Shown here: positions 44,205 through 53,558 of the stretch, piece after piece | How positions within the stretch are numbered: position 1 is the first letter of the stretch | Layout of the letters: each line of letters starts with the position of its first letter | Assembly: GCA_945875865.1 (NCBI GenBank) | Contig: CAMCMF010000002.1 | Coordinates: 179-64,178, forward strand | Direction of reading: 5' to 3' | Length of the DNA: 64,000 nucleotides | Origin: Rhizobium sp. Q54 | GTDB taxonomy: Bacteria; Pseudomonadota; Alphaproteobacteria; Rickettsiales; UBA1997 | The notes under the pieces: model-generated | What the model saw: only the letters and a program-made list of their open reading frames with translations | Databases searched by the model: none | What the model was told of the DNA's origin: nothing | Translations under genes and position numbers: made by a program

Positions 44205-45533
44205 ATGACCTCATCAAAACTGTCACATTCGATAACTACAAAATTACGAATAATTTTGATGATTTTATGCTTCATCACTTATTGCTCACTTGATTCGCTG
44301 TCAGAAGTTTTAGGCATAAAGCAGATTTTATGCTTAGGCTTGAAATCTGTATTTCTGGGCATCGCCGCTTATTTATTTCTATCCTTTTTCCATAATTTAC
44401 CTCATGGAGAAATCCATCCGCCAAAAGCAATTTCCCCAATCTCCACATTCGCCTCTCTTTTTTACACTAACGACAGTCTTTTGATTCTGCGATTTTTTGC
44501 CGCCTTCTGCGTTTTCTCAACTCACGCCGTAATTTTGCTTCATCCTGACTCGTTGATGGGAAATAAATTCATCGTCGGTTGCGCGCATTCCGGCATGGCG
44601 ATTTTTTTCACCTTGTCCGGTTATTTGATGGGCAAGGCTTTCATCTATAAAAGATATGAATTCAACCAATTGGGAATTTTAAAATTTTATAAAAACCGTT
44701 TCATCCGCATCGCACCTTTAGCCTTCAGCGTTTTTATAATTTACGTCACCTTGATGTATCCCGAAAAAATCAAACATAACTTGCTTGATATGTGGAGAGT
44801 TTTTGCTTTTCACTTTTATGGCAGCGGTGTTTATGGACTTCCGGGAATCGGCGCTCTGTGGTCTCTGACAGTAGAAATGCAATATTACCTGATCACACCT
44901 TTCATTTTTTATTGTTTTCGCGATGTCCTGGCTAAAAAGAAAATCGCTATATTTGCTATTCCGCTTTGCGTTGGATTGGTATATTTAAACCAACATTTCC
45001 ATCTCACTGTTTTAAATAGTTCGCCACAATTCTTCTCCACACTTCAGGGACAGCTACCATATTTTCTAATCGGCTTTGCGCTCAATTATCTCATCAAAGA
45101 TTTCATTTCCTCGCCAATCAAAACTTGGTCAAAAAGATATTTTTATTTCCAGACTTTTTTGCTAACTTTAGAATTTATTATCTTCTTTGCCCTCCTCGCC
45201 TACTTCCAAAAAATAATGTATCAATGGACTCTGATCGGCGCTTCGCTGGCAAGCTGCTATTTTATTCTGCGCTTGGAAATTTTTAAATTTGGCGCGAAAG
45301 ATTTTTCTAAAAAAATTAATTTTTACACAACGCTGCAATCACTCGGAGGACTTTCTTACGGATTTTATCTTTGGCATTCCGGCATTGGATTTGTATATTA
45401 TAATTCTGTGAAGCCAACCTATAGCGGAATGGGAGATTATATTTTGGAATGCACAATTTTGGCAGGAATTACAATTTTTGTTTCGATCTGGTCTTACATT
45501 TTCATCGAAAGACACTTCATGAGAAGCCGCTAA
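44205..45533 (+). CDS. Acyltransferase-3 family integral membrane O-acyltransferase
   Basis: 442 aa, multi-TM. LRFFAAFCVFSTHA is the His-containing AT3 N-terminal motif. Also FFTLSGYLM and WSLTVEMQYY. Confidence 0.75.
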   Translation: MTSSKLSHSITTKLRIILMILCFITYCSLDSLSEVLGIKQILCLGLKSVFLGIAAYLFLSFFHNLPHGEIHPPKAISPISTFASLFYTNDSLLILRFFAAFCVFSTHAVILLHPDSLMGNKFIVGCAHSGMAIFFTLSGYLMGKAFIYKRYEFNQLGILKFYKNRFIRIAPLAFSVFIIYVTLMYPEKIKHNLLDMWRVFAFHFYGSGVYGLPGIGALWSLTVEMQYYLITPFIFYCFRDVLAKKKIAIFAIPLCVGLVYLNQHFHLTVLNSSPQFFSTLQGQLPYFLIGFALNYLIKDFISSPIKTWSKRYFYFQTFLLTLEFIIFFALLAYFQKIMYQWTLIGASLASCYFILRLEIFKFGAKDFSKKINFYTTLQSLGGLSYGFYLWHSGIGFVYYNSVKPTYSGMGDYILECTILAGITIFVSIWSYIFIERHFMRSR

Positions 45534-46840
45534 GACAAAGCCAGCAAACCATCCAAAGTTTCTTCGCCGGTTTTTGTTTGCGCCATAATTCCTTTGCGCT
45601 TGGTCAAAATTTCTAGAACTGGTAAAATAAATTTTCCTCTGCGACTCAAGCCACCAGCAAGCAAAAAAGATGTGCTTTCATTTTCCAAATCAATCTCAGC
45701 AATTGCTTGCGCATATTGCTTCAACCATGATTTAGCAATTGCAGCGATTAATCCTCGTGCAGAAAATTTTCCTTCCATGATACCAGAAATGCTGCCGCCA
45801 TTTTTATAATTCCACGCCGCTTCAAACACCGCGAGATCAACATTCAATTCTGCATTCAAAACTTCTTCGCTACTAAGTGATGAGAAAATATTCCAGAAAG
45901 CAGAATCTTCATCACCTCTTACTGAGCAACTATCAAAGAAATTCGCAAAAACATTCAAGGCGCGTCCTGATGGAATGTGAGTTATGGCAGAAAAATTTTC
46001 ACCTTTAACTCCAAGACGAATTTCTAATTTCTCTGAAGGATTATTCATGCAACCGATAACTTGCGATCCGGTTCCGAGATTTATCAATAATTTTGCCAGA
46101 GCCGGAAAACCCGCGCCGTGCGCTGCAGCTTGCAGATCGCCGATACCGCCGAAAACTTTAACTTTTCGTTCCGCAATATTTATCTCGCCGATTTTTTGTC
46201 CGGCTTCAACAACTTTTGGGAAAATAATTTTTTGATAATCCAAGCCGGCCATTTTCGCTAAATTGGCTGACCAGTTTTTTTCCTTCACTGAAAATAATCC
46301 CGTGCCCGCCGCCAAAGAAGCGTGAATCGCCGGATCTTTTTCGCCGCCGCGCCACAACAGCCAATCGGCGAGAGTTAGAAAGCGAAAAGCGCTTGGTAAT
46401 TTATGAATTTTTTTTAAGTGAGCTAAAGTAATAAAAGGCAAGCCGCAACGCAATCTCATCGCGCTTTGCGCAAAAAAATCTTCGGAAATTTTTTGAAGAT
46501 CAGAGAGAGTTGAAGATCTGCTCGCACGCTCATCGCGCCAGCTGATATATGAGGTTAGCGGCTTGTCGGAATCAACATCAATCAACATCACGCCATGCAT
46601 TTCGGTGCAGAGCCACAAGCTGTCAATTTCTTGATACTCACGCAGAATTTCGCCGGCGGTTTTTTCAAAGGCGATCCAATAATCTTCGGGAGAAATTTCT
46701 ACCGCACCATCAGCACCAAAGTTTGGCGTCGGTGCAGCACATTCTTTAACTGCTATTATTTTTTCTTCTTTACAACACCAAGCCGCGCTTTTTATGCGAC
46801 TGGCGCCAAAATCAACAAGTAATGTGGTTGTTGATGTCAT
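45530..46840 (-). CDS. FGGY/ASKHA-family carbohydrate kinase-like protein
   Basis: 436 aa. LLVDFGASRIKSA phosphate-1 motif, SWRDERA, GGIGDLQAAAHGAG and LLAGGLSRR. Confidence 0.6.
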   Translation of the reverse strand: MTSTTTLLVDFGASRIKSAAWCCKEEKIIAVKECAAPTPNFGADGAVEISPEDYWIAFEKTAGEILREYQEIDSLWLCTEMHGVMLIDVDSDKPLTSYISWRDERASRSSTLSDLQKISEDFFAQSAMRLRCGLPFITLAHLKKIHKLPSAFRFLTLADWLLWRGGEKDPAIHASLAAGTGLFSVKEKNWSANLAKMAGLDYQKIIFPKVVEAGQKIGEINIAERKVKVFGGIGDLQAAAHGAGFPALAKLLINLGTGSQVIGCMNNPSEKLEIRLGVKGENFSAITHIPSGRALNVFANFFDSCSVRGDEDSAFWNIFSSLSSEEVLNAELNVDLAVFEAAWNYKNGGSISGIMEGKFSARGLIAAIAKSWLKQYAQAIAEIDLENESTSFLLAGGLSRRGKFILPVLEILTKRKGIMAQTKTGEETLDGLLALS

Positions 46841-46847
46841 GGGAATT

Positions 46848-48011
46848 TTATGAAATATCTAGGAAAGTCAGGACTTCAGAAATCGCTTGGCGCAATTCTT
46901 TTTCGCCGGCTTCGTTAAGCGTGAAATCAATGAAACGCATTTGCCCAATTTTCTCTAAAGTTGCCAATTTCAAAACTGCGCCTTCGGTTTTTTTATCGCG
47001 GCGCAATAAATCTAAAACTCCATCAAGCGAAGTTGCGGCGAAAATTTTCGCTACGTCAGACGGAACGATTTGACTGCCAACTTTTAGCAATAAATTTCTC
47101 TCTTCCACAGATAGCATTTTGCGCTGATAGGCGATTTCGTTTTCCACTAAAATGCCGATTGTAACCGCAATACCGTGAGGAATTTTATAATCGCTGAGAG
47201 CTTCTAACGCATGGCCGAAGCTGTGTCCGTAATTCATTGAACGTCGGATGTCGAGTTCAAATTCATCAAGCTCGACGATGGCTTTTTTAACCAAAAGAGA
47301 TTTTGAAATTAAGCGACTTCCGGCTTCCATATCACCTTGCAAAAATAGCGGAAGCTCTTTGATGAAAACATTTAAAAACATTTCACCACCGGTGACGCAA
47401 AGGCGGAAAATTTCTCCGATGCCGGAGAGAATATCGTTTCTTGATAATGTCGGTAAAAAACCAGTATCGATTATGACTTTTCTTGGAGCGGAAAAAAGCG
47501 CCAATAAATTTTTGGTGCGCTTGTGATTAAGTGCAGTTTTTCCACCAACACAACTGTCGCCTTGCGCCAATAAAGTTGTTGGAATGAATGTCCAAGGCAG
47601 GCCACGCTTATACATTGCTCCGGCGAAAGCACCTAAATCTTGAATTATTCCACCACCAATAACGTAAAGCATTGAAGTTTTTGTGGCCTGATTTTTTTCC
47701 AGAAAAGTTATGATTTCTAAAACTGTCGTGATCTCTTTTTCATCTTCCGCAGCGTTGACGAAGAAGGTTGGAATTGCGCTTAATTCTTTGATATTTTGTA
47801 AATATAGATCGTGAATTTTTTGATCGATGAGAATCAATGGCACCGAATTATTTTTCAGGATCATGTCAGCCAAACGCTTTCCCGGATTTTCGCCATGCAA
47901 GAAGCTTAGCTGATAAGGACGTGGAGATGATTTAATGACGAATCCTTCCTGATTTTCCAATTCCAGATTCACTGAAAAAGCCTGCTCTTGTATCTTAAAG
48001 TTACCTTTCAT
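46848..48011 (-). CDS. 3-dehydroquinate-synthase-like sugar phosphate cyclase
   Basis: 387 aa. VIGGGIIQDLGAFAGAMYKRGLPWTFIPTTLLAQGDSCVGGKTALN and IRRSMNYGHSFGHALE...IPHGIAV match DHQS nucleotide and metal motifs. EVIK reads EIFR. Confidence 0.8.
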   Translation of the reverse strand: MKGNFKIQEQAFSVNLELENQEGFVIKSSPRPYQLSFLHGENPGKRLADMILKNNSVPLILIDQKIHDLYLQNIKELSAIPTFFVNAAEDEKEITTVLEIITFLEKNQATKTSMLYVIGGGIIQDLGAFAGAMYKRGLPWTFIPTTLLAQGDSCVGGKTALNHKRTKNLLALFSAPRKVIIDTGFLPTLSRNDILSGIGEIFRLCVTGGEMFLNVFIKELPLFLQGDMEAGSRLISKSLLVKKAIVELDEFELDIRRSMNYGHSFGHALEALSDYKIPHGIAVTIGILVENEIAYQRKMLSVEERNLLLKVGSQIVPSDVAKIFAATSLDGVLDLLRRDKKTEGAVLKLATLEKIGQMRFIDFTLNEAGEKELRQAISEVLTFLDIS

Positions 48012-48043
48012 GCGTTTATTTTTTTAGTTTAGAAATTCAGCTT

Positions 48044-48736
48044 CTACTGAAATCCGCCGATTGAAAATCCACCATCAACGACAATGTCTTGTCCGGTAAG
48101 ATATTTGTTTTTTGGAGAACATAAAAACGAAGCAACTTCTGCAATATCTTGCGGCTCGCCCAATTTGCCCAAAGGAATTCCGCTGACTAATTTTTGAATC
48201 ACTTCAGGAGAATTATTGGCGCTGGTCATTTTGGTTTTGATATAGCCAGGAGAAATGGAATTAACTAAAATTCCGTAAGACGCTAACTCAATTGCTAAAG
48301 TTTTTACCGCTCCGTTCAAAGCATGTTTTGAAGTGACATAAGGCAATCTTGCACGTCTGGCGAGAAATCCGTAGAGCGAGGAAATAACAACTATGCGGCC
48401 AGATTTAACTTCTTTCCAATGAGGCAAGCATAAACGCACAATTTGTAAAAAACCGTGCAGGTTAACTTCGAGAGATTCGCGAATTTCTTTGTCGGATAAT
48501 TCTTCAAATAGCTTAGGATGATTTAATCCGGCCGAATGAACCAAGACATCAAATTGATTGCCGTTTTTGGCAAAATAATCAGCGATTTGTTCAGGCGATC
48601 CTAAACTAAAATCTTTGCGCCCTGCTCTAGTTACATCAAATCCATCGCGCTGAAGTTGATCGGAAATAGCGCCACCAATATCGCCATTTCCGCCAAGTAC
48701 CAGAGCGAGATTTGTAAGTTTAGGGGCGCCATTCAT
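48044..48736 (-). CDS. Short-chain dehydrogenase/reductase (FabG-like)
   Basis: 230 aa. VLGGNGDIGGAI, HSAG, ISSLYG...YVTSKHAL and the C-terminal GQDIVVDGG. Confidence 0.85.
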   Translation of the reverse strand: MNGAPKLTNLALVLGGNGDIGGAISDQLQRDGFDVTRAGRKDFSLGSPEQIADYFAKNGNQFDVLVHSAGLNHPKLFEELSDKEIRESLEVNLHGFLQIVRLCLPHWKEVKSGRIVVISSLYGFLARRARLPYVTSKHALNGAVKTLAIELASYGILVNSISPGYIKTKMTSANNSPEVIQKLVSGIPLGKLGEPQDIAEVASFLCSPKNKYLTGQDIVVDGGFSIGGFQ

Positions 48737-49845
48737 TATAAACCGCGATTGAGGATAAGTTGCTTAAGATTTTGATTTTCGTGATATGGACCATCGATGT
48801 GATTGATGGTAAGTGGTTCATTGGATTTAATTTCGATAACCAATTTTTCGCCATTCATAACTTCGCGACAAGATAGCTGTCCTTTGAGCAAAGGAACCGC
48901 CAAGTAAAAATCTTTTTCGAGATTTTCTTTGGTAAAAATATAGCCCGGTTTGAGATCTTTTTTAGCGTAAACGCCGCGCACCAAAGCATCAAGATACTCA
49001 ACTTCTTTTCTGGAAATAATTCTGCGTGAACTATTACAGCCGCCGCACATTTCAGCAGCTTTGTGGAATGATTTAAACCAAGTATCGCAATTTTCTGGAA
49101 CTGAACAATATGAAGAAACCGGAACACCTTCATAATGAATATCAACGTGACGCTCCCAACTACGAGCACCTTTGCCGTAAGAAATCATCATTGATGAAGA
49201 CCAATCGTGATATTCGTGAGTTGAAAGACCAATTACGTGGCTTGGATAGCGAGCTTTAAGATAGTCGATTTGATCGAGCTGAAGATCGCAATCTTCTGAA
49301 GGATAAAGTGAAACGCAGTGATTAATCGCCAATGGAATGTCGCGTTTTTCAAAGAAATGCACCAAATCATCGAGATCTTTTTCCGAAGCTCCTCCCGTTG
49401 AAACAATAGTTGGGCGACGAGTTGAGGCAATTTTTTCAATCAATGGCCAATCGTTAATATCAGAACTGGCGATTTTGATGATCGGCATGTCGAACTCGAC
49501 GCAAAGATCAACTGATGCTTCATCAAATGGAGTAGCCATTGGAATACATCCGAGATATTTAATTTCTTCAACCATGCGCGCAAAATCAGCTTTGCTCAAC
49601 TTGGTATCTTCAGTTTTTTTGATATAGCGGTTAGTAGTGTTTCCTTTAAATTTTGGGTGAACGAATTCATCAACATCTCTGAATTGAAGTTTTATCGCCG
49701 CTTTTACATTGTTGAAACGAATAACTGCCGCATGATCGCGTATGATTTTTAAACCACGATCGAGCTTTCCCCAGTGGTTATTGGCAAGCTCGAGTACAAA
49801 AAAATTCTCGAATAGATCTTTGTCTCTCTGTGAAATAGCGCTCAT
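48736..49845 (-). CDS. NeuB-family PEP-dependent ulosonic-acid synthase-like protein with C-terminal SAF domain
   Basis: 369 aa. ELANNHWG, ATPFDEASVD, IKIASSDIND, IVSTGGAS, NHCVSLYPS, GLSTHE and ERHVD, then a SAF-like VYAKKDLKPGYIFTKENL. Confidence 0.8.
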   Translation of the reverse strand: MSAISQRDKDLFENFFVLELANNHWGKLDRGLKIIRDHAAVIRFNNVKAAIKLQFRDVDEFVHPKFKGNTTNRYIKKTEDTKLSKADFARMVEEIKYLGCIPMATPFDEASVDLCVEFDMPIIKIASSDINDWPLIEKIASTRRPTIVSTGGASEKDLDDLVHFFEKRDIPLAINHCVSLYPSEDCDLQLDQIDYLKARYPSHVIGLSTHEYHDWSSSMMISYGKGARSWERHVDIHYEGVPVSSYCSVPENCDTWFKSFHKAAEMCGGCNSSRRIISRKEVEYLDALVRGVYAKKDLKPGYIFTKENLEKDFYLAVPLLKGQLSCREVMNGEKLVIEIKSNEPLTINHIDGPYHENQNLKQLILNRGL

Positions 49846-50123
49846 AAAATATCGACTCTCCGTTTTTTGTTATTTTTGCTTTTATTGGGAATAATTTTGC
49901 TTCAAATTTGCCAACAATCGAGTGTGAAATATAGGCTCTTGATGAACTAATTTTGCGCGGATTCAATCATCACCTTTTTTAAATTCAAAATATTTTATCG
50001 CTTTTTTAAGCAGCAATTAATTTAGGCAAAGTTATTGGATTCTTAACTCGAGGAAATTAAAAAATTACCCTGATGTGGTCGCATAAAAACTGCTGCAAAT
50101 AACTCTCCTTAATTTTGAAAATC

Positions 50124-51926
50124 ATGATCAAACTTTCTGATTATATAGCCAACGAACTCGTAAAATACGGCGTCCACCACATCTTCATGATTTCTGGTGG
50201 TGGCTCTATGCATTTAAATGATTCGCTGGGAAAACACGAAAAACTCGAATATATCTGCAACCATCACGAACAAGCATCAGCGATTGCAGCTGAAGGTTAT
50301 GCGCGAGTTTGCGGAAAATTGGCAGTAATTAATGTCACAACTGGCCCAGGCGGAGTGAACGCTTTAAACGGAGTTTTCGGACAATGGACTGATAGCATCC
50401 CTGCCCTTTATATTTCCGGTCAGGTTAAATATGAAACCACTCTCGATTCTTATCCGAATTCAAATCTGCGCCAACTTGGCGACCAAGAAGTTGATATTCT
50501 CAGCCTGGTTAAACCGATCACCAAATATGCTGAAATGGTGCGAGATCCCAAAGATATTAAAAAAATTCTGCATAAAGCAATTCGTCTTGCCACAACTGGT
50601 AGAAAGGGTCCGACTTGGATTGATATTCCGATCAACATTCAAGGCGCGATGATTGACGAAGCTAGTTTGCTGGATGAGGAATTTGTTGAAGAGAAAGTGG
50701 ATAATGCGTTTTTAGAAACGCAAATTTCCGAAGTAATAGCCAGCCTAAAATCCGCTAAAAGACCGGTAATTGTGGCTGGACATGGTGTTAGACTTGCGGG
50801 AACAATAGAAGATTTTCATCAACTTCTAAACAAAATTCAAATTCCTTTCGTTACCACTTTTAACGCCGCTGATGTCACTCCAACCGATCATCCGCTTTAT
50901 ATGGGAAAGATCGGATCTGTCGGACAAAGAGCGGGAAATTTTACTTTGCAAAATGCCGATCTGGTTTTGTTTTTAGGAACCAGAAACAATGTGCGCCAAG
51001 TTAGCTACAATTGGGAAATGTTTGCCAGAAAAGCTAAAAAAATTGTCGTTGATATCGATCAGGCTGAACTAAAAAAACCAACGCTTAAAATCGATCTTCC
51101 AATTTGCGCTGATTTGAAAAACTTCATTCCACTGCTATCTGCAAAAATCAGCGAAAAAATTTCCAGAAATGATTGGGTGGAATGGTGCGCAGCTAGAAAA
51201 CAGAAATATGATCCGTCGCAAAATCCCGAATATAAAAAATCACTCGGCCTGATAAATCCTTACAACTTCATTCAGGTTCTAACCAAAAATGCTCCCGAAG
51301 GCAGCGTAATGGTTGCAGGAAACGGCACGGCTTGCGTGGCTTTATTTCAAGCCGGCATCGTCAAAAAAGATCAAAAAGTTTTCTGGAATTCCGGCAATGC
51401 TTCAATGGGATATGATCTTCCGGCAGCAATTGGCGCCTGTATCGCCAATGATAAAAAAGACGTAATTTGTATCGCCGGTGACGGCAGCATCATGATGAAT
51501 CTGCAAGAGTTACAAACCGTGAAGCACCACAATTTGCCGATCAAAATTTTTATCCTGAACAACGCCGGCTATTCTTCGATTCGCCAAACCCAGAGAAATT
51601 TCTTCGGCGAAAAATTAGTCGCTTGCAGCGGCAATTCTGGGGTTTCGGTTCCAGATTTCGCCAAGCTTGCCATCGCTTTTGAACTTCCTTCAATGAAAAT
51701 AGAAAATAATGAAAATCTGCAAAGTGAAGTGGTAAAAGCTTTGGCAAAAGATGGTCCGCTAATTTGCGAAGTCATGCTCGACCATGATTATATTTTTCAG
51801 CCAAAATTATCTTCAGAAAAACTTCCTGACGGACGAATTATTTCCAAACCACTCGAAGACATGTTTCCATTTTTGGATCGAGAAGAGTTTGCACAAAATA
51901 TGATCTCAGACGATTTTGACAAATAG
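50124..51926 (+). CDS. ThDP-dependent enzyme of the acetolactate-synthase large-subunit / YerE type
   Basis: About 600 aa. N-terminal Pyr domain (ISGGGSMHLND, HEQASAIAAEGYAR, TTGPGGVNA) and ThDP motif GDGSIMMNLQELQTVKHHNLPIKIFILNNAGY. ATG 50124 is preferred over TTG 50115. Confidence 0.85.
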   Translation: MIKLSDYIANELVKYGVHHIFMISGGGSMHLNDSLGKHEKLEYICNHHEQASAIAAEGYARVCGKLAVINVTTGPGGVNALNGVFGQWTDSIPALYISGQVKYETTLDSYPNSNLRQLGDQEVDILSLVKPITKYAEMVRDPKDIKKILHKAIRLATTGRKGPTWIDIPINIQGAMIDEASLLDEEFVEEKVDNAFLETQISEVIASLKSAKRPVIVAGHGVRLAGTIEDFHQLLNKIQIPFVTTFNAADVTPTDHPLYMGKIGSVGQRAGNFTLQNADLVLFLGTRNNVRQVSYNWEMFARKAKKIVVDIDQAELKKPTLKIDLPICADLKNFIPLLSAKISEKISRNDWVEWCAARKQKYDPSQNPEYKKSLGLINPYNFIQVLTKNAPEGSVMVAGNGTACVALFQAGIVKKDQKVFWNSGNASMGYDLPAAIGACIANDKKDVICIAGDGSIMMNLQELQTVKHHNLPIKIFILNNAGYSSIRQTQRNFFGEKLVACSGNSGVSVPDFAKLAIAFELPSMKIENNENLQSEVVKALAKDGPLICEVMLDHDYIFQPKLSSEKLPDGRIISKPLEDMFPFLDREEFAQNMISDDFDK

Positions 51927-52005
51927 TCTGAGGTTAAATTTGCAAAAAAAATGTGATGCCATAGTTTGGCTCAAATCAAAACATCCATCAATTACTTTGA
52001 TATAA

Positions 52006-53010
52006 ATGCATAATAACATACTTGGCGATAATACCTCCAAGAACCCTTATTACATATTCGCTCCTTCATATATCAACACATCAGCTGGCATCAAAGCCTT
52101 ACATTTTTTGTGCCATCACCTCAATCTAAAAGGCTATCCGGCATTCTTGGTTACTGCTGCTGATTACTACTACAAAATAAATCCCGATCTTATTACTCCG
52201 ATAATCACTCAAGAAGTGATGAAGCTTCACCAGGAAAACAACAAAAATCCGATCGCTGTTTATCCGGATGTGGTAAAAGGCAATCCGCTAAACTCAAAAT
52301 GCACAGTTAGATATTTACTACATTACGCCGGATTTCTCGGAGGAGATAAAGAATTCGCAAAAGAAGATTTGATATTCACTTACACTAAAAAAATCGGGCA
52401 AAAAATGGGGATCAAAAATCCTCAAATCATGTTCATGCCGATATGTGATAGTGATATTTTTTATCCACCGGCAAACCAAGCAAACAGAAAAGGCGGCTGC
52501 TTTTACGCCAGCAAATATAGATTACTTTCCGGTGAAGAGCCTTTTGAAATCACCAAAAATGCCGTAGAAATAACCCGAAATTTACCCAACTCCCAAACCA
52601 CCGCAGAAGTCGCGGACTTATTGCGCAGATCAGAATGTTTTTATAGCTATGAAGATACTTCATTAATCACCGAAGCAATATTGTGCGGATGTCCTGTGGT
52701 GTTAGTAAAAAATAAATTTTTTGATGGCGAACCGTTGGCAATAAATGAGTTGGGAAGTGAAGGCTTCTCTGTCGATACAGATGAAAAAAATATAGAACAG
52801 GCTCACCAATCTATCGCACTTGCGCAAAAAAAATTCTTTGATGCGATAGAAAATTTTTGGCCGCAGTTGGATAATTTTATCACCCTCACCCAAGAACTCT
52901 CTTTAAAAACAAATAGCGGTGAATTTGATTTAAGATTCATCCCAACAAAAAAGAAGCGCACGCCGATTGGCAGAATTATCAAAAAGAAATTTAAGGATTT
53001 GATTGGATGA
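52006..53010 (+). CDS. Hypothetical protein, possible GT-B-like glycosyltransferase
   Basis: 334 aa. Only CFYSYEDTSLITEAILCGCPVVLV resembles a GT-B C-terminal motif. Confidence 0.3.
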   Translation: MHNNILGDNTSKNPYYIFAPSYINTSAGIKALHFLCHHLNLKGYPAFLVTAADYYYKINPDLITPIITQEVMKLHQENNKNPIAVYPDVVKGNPLNSKCTVRYLLHYAGFLGGDKEFAKEDLIFTYTKKIGQKMGIKNPQIMFMPICDSDIFYPPANQANRKGGCFYASKYRLLSGEEPFEITKNAVEITRNLPNSQTTAEVADLLRRSECFYSYEDTSLITEAILCGCPVVLVKNKFFDGEPLAINELGSEGFSVDTDEKNIEQAHQSIALAQKKFFDAIENFWPQLDNFITLTQELSLKTNSGEFDLRFIPTKKKRTPIGRIIKKKFKDLIG

Positions 53011-53036
53011 AGGTGATTGTTTAAGAACAATTTAGA

Positions 53037-53124
53037 AGATGGACCTCGTCATTCGACGGGGCGACAACTTGTGGGGCGTGAATTACCTCCAGTTTGTCAC
53101 CCCGTCGAATGACGGGGTCCATCT
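53037..53124. repeat. Family B palindromic repeat, copy B3 (divergent core)
   Basis: agatggacctcgtcattcgacggggcgaca ... tgtcaccccgtcgaatgacggggtccatct, between convergent genes. Confidence 0.88.
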
Positions 53125-53136
53125 TGAATCGCCTAA

Positions 53137-53532
53137 TCAGGCAAAAGTGAAGTGGCGGTGTAAAAAATAAATTATCGTCACAACGATCACGCTGACAATA
53201 TTAAAGGCCAAAACCTTGTTCATACCAAGTAAGTTAATGCAAATAAACATCAGTAATAAATTTATAAAAAATGCCAGCAAGTATGTCGCATTTGCTTTCA
53301 TCAAACCTTTCCAGCGGTTTTGCTTAGTTTTAAAAACTAAAAATTCGTAACTGAAATAACTGTTTAAAACAGAAATAACATAAACGATCACTGCAATTAT
53401 CGGGTAAGGTAATTCAAGAAAATAATAGCATAAATTTCCCAAGGCCAAACTAAATACAGTATTATATCCACCAACGATCAAGAATTTGATTTCCCGATTA
53501 TGCTTAATCAAATTTATCAGCCTGTCGAACAT
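53137..53532 (-). CDS. GtrA-family membrane protein (polyprenyl-phosphate-sugar translocation)
   Basis: 131 aa, 4 TM. FLIVGGYNTVFSLALGNL N-terminus and a C-terminal HRHFTF. Confidence 0.7.
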   Translation of the reverse strand: MFDRLINLIKHNREIKFLIVGGYNTVFSLALGNLCYYFLELPYPIIAVIVYVISVLNSYFSYEFLVFKTKQNRWKGLMKANATYLLAFFINLLLMFICINLLGMNKVLAFNIVSVIVVTIIYFLHRHFTFA

Positions 53533-53558
53533 TTTTTAATGATTAAAAGAGATTAGAA

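Noticed and set aside
50115-50123. TTG start for the ThDP enzyme.
   Set aside because: An in-frame ATG three codons downstream (50124) gives the conserved N-terminus. Neither has a strong SD, so the choice is low-stakes.
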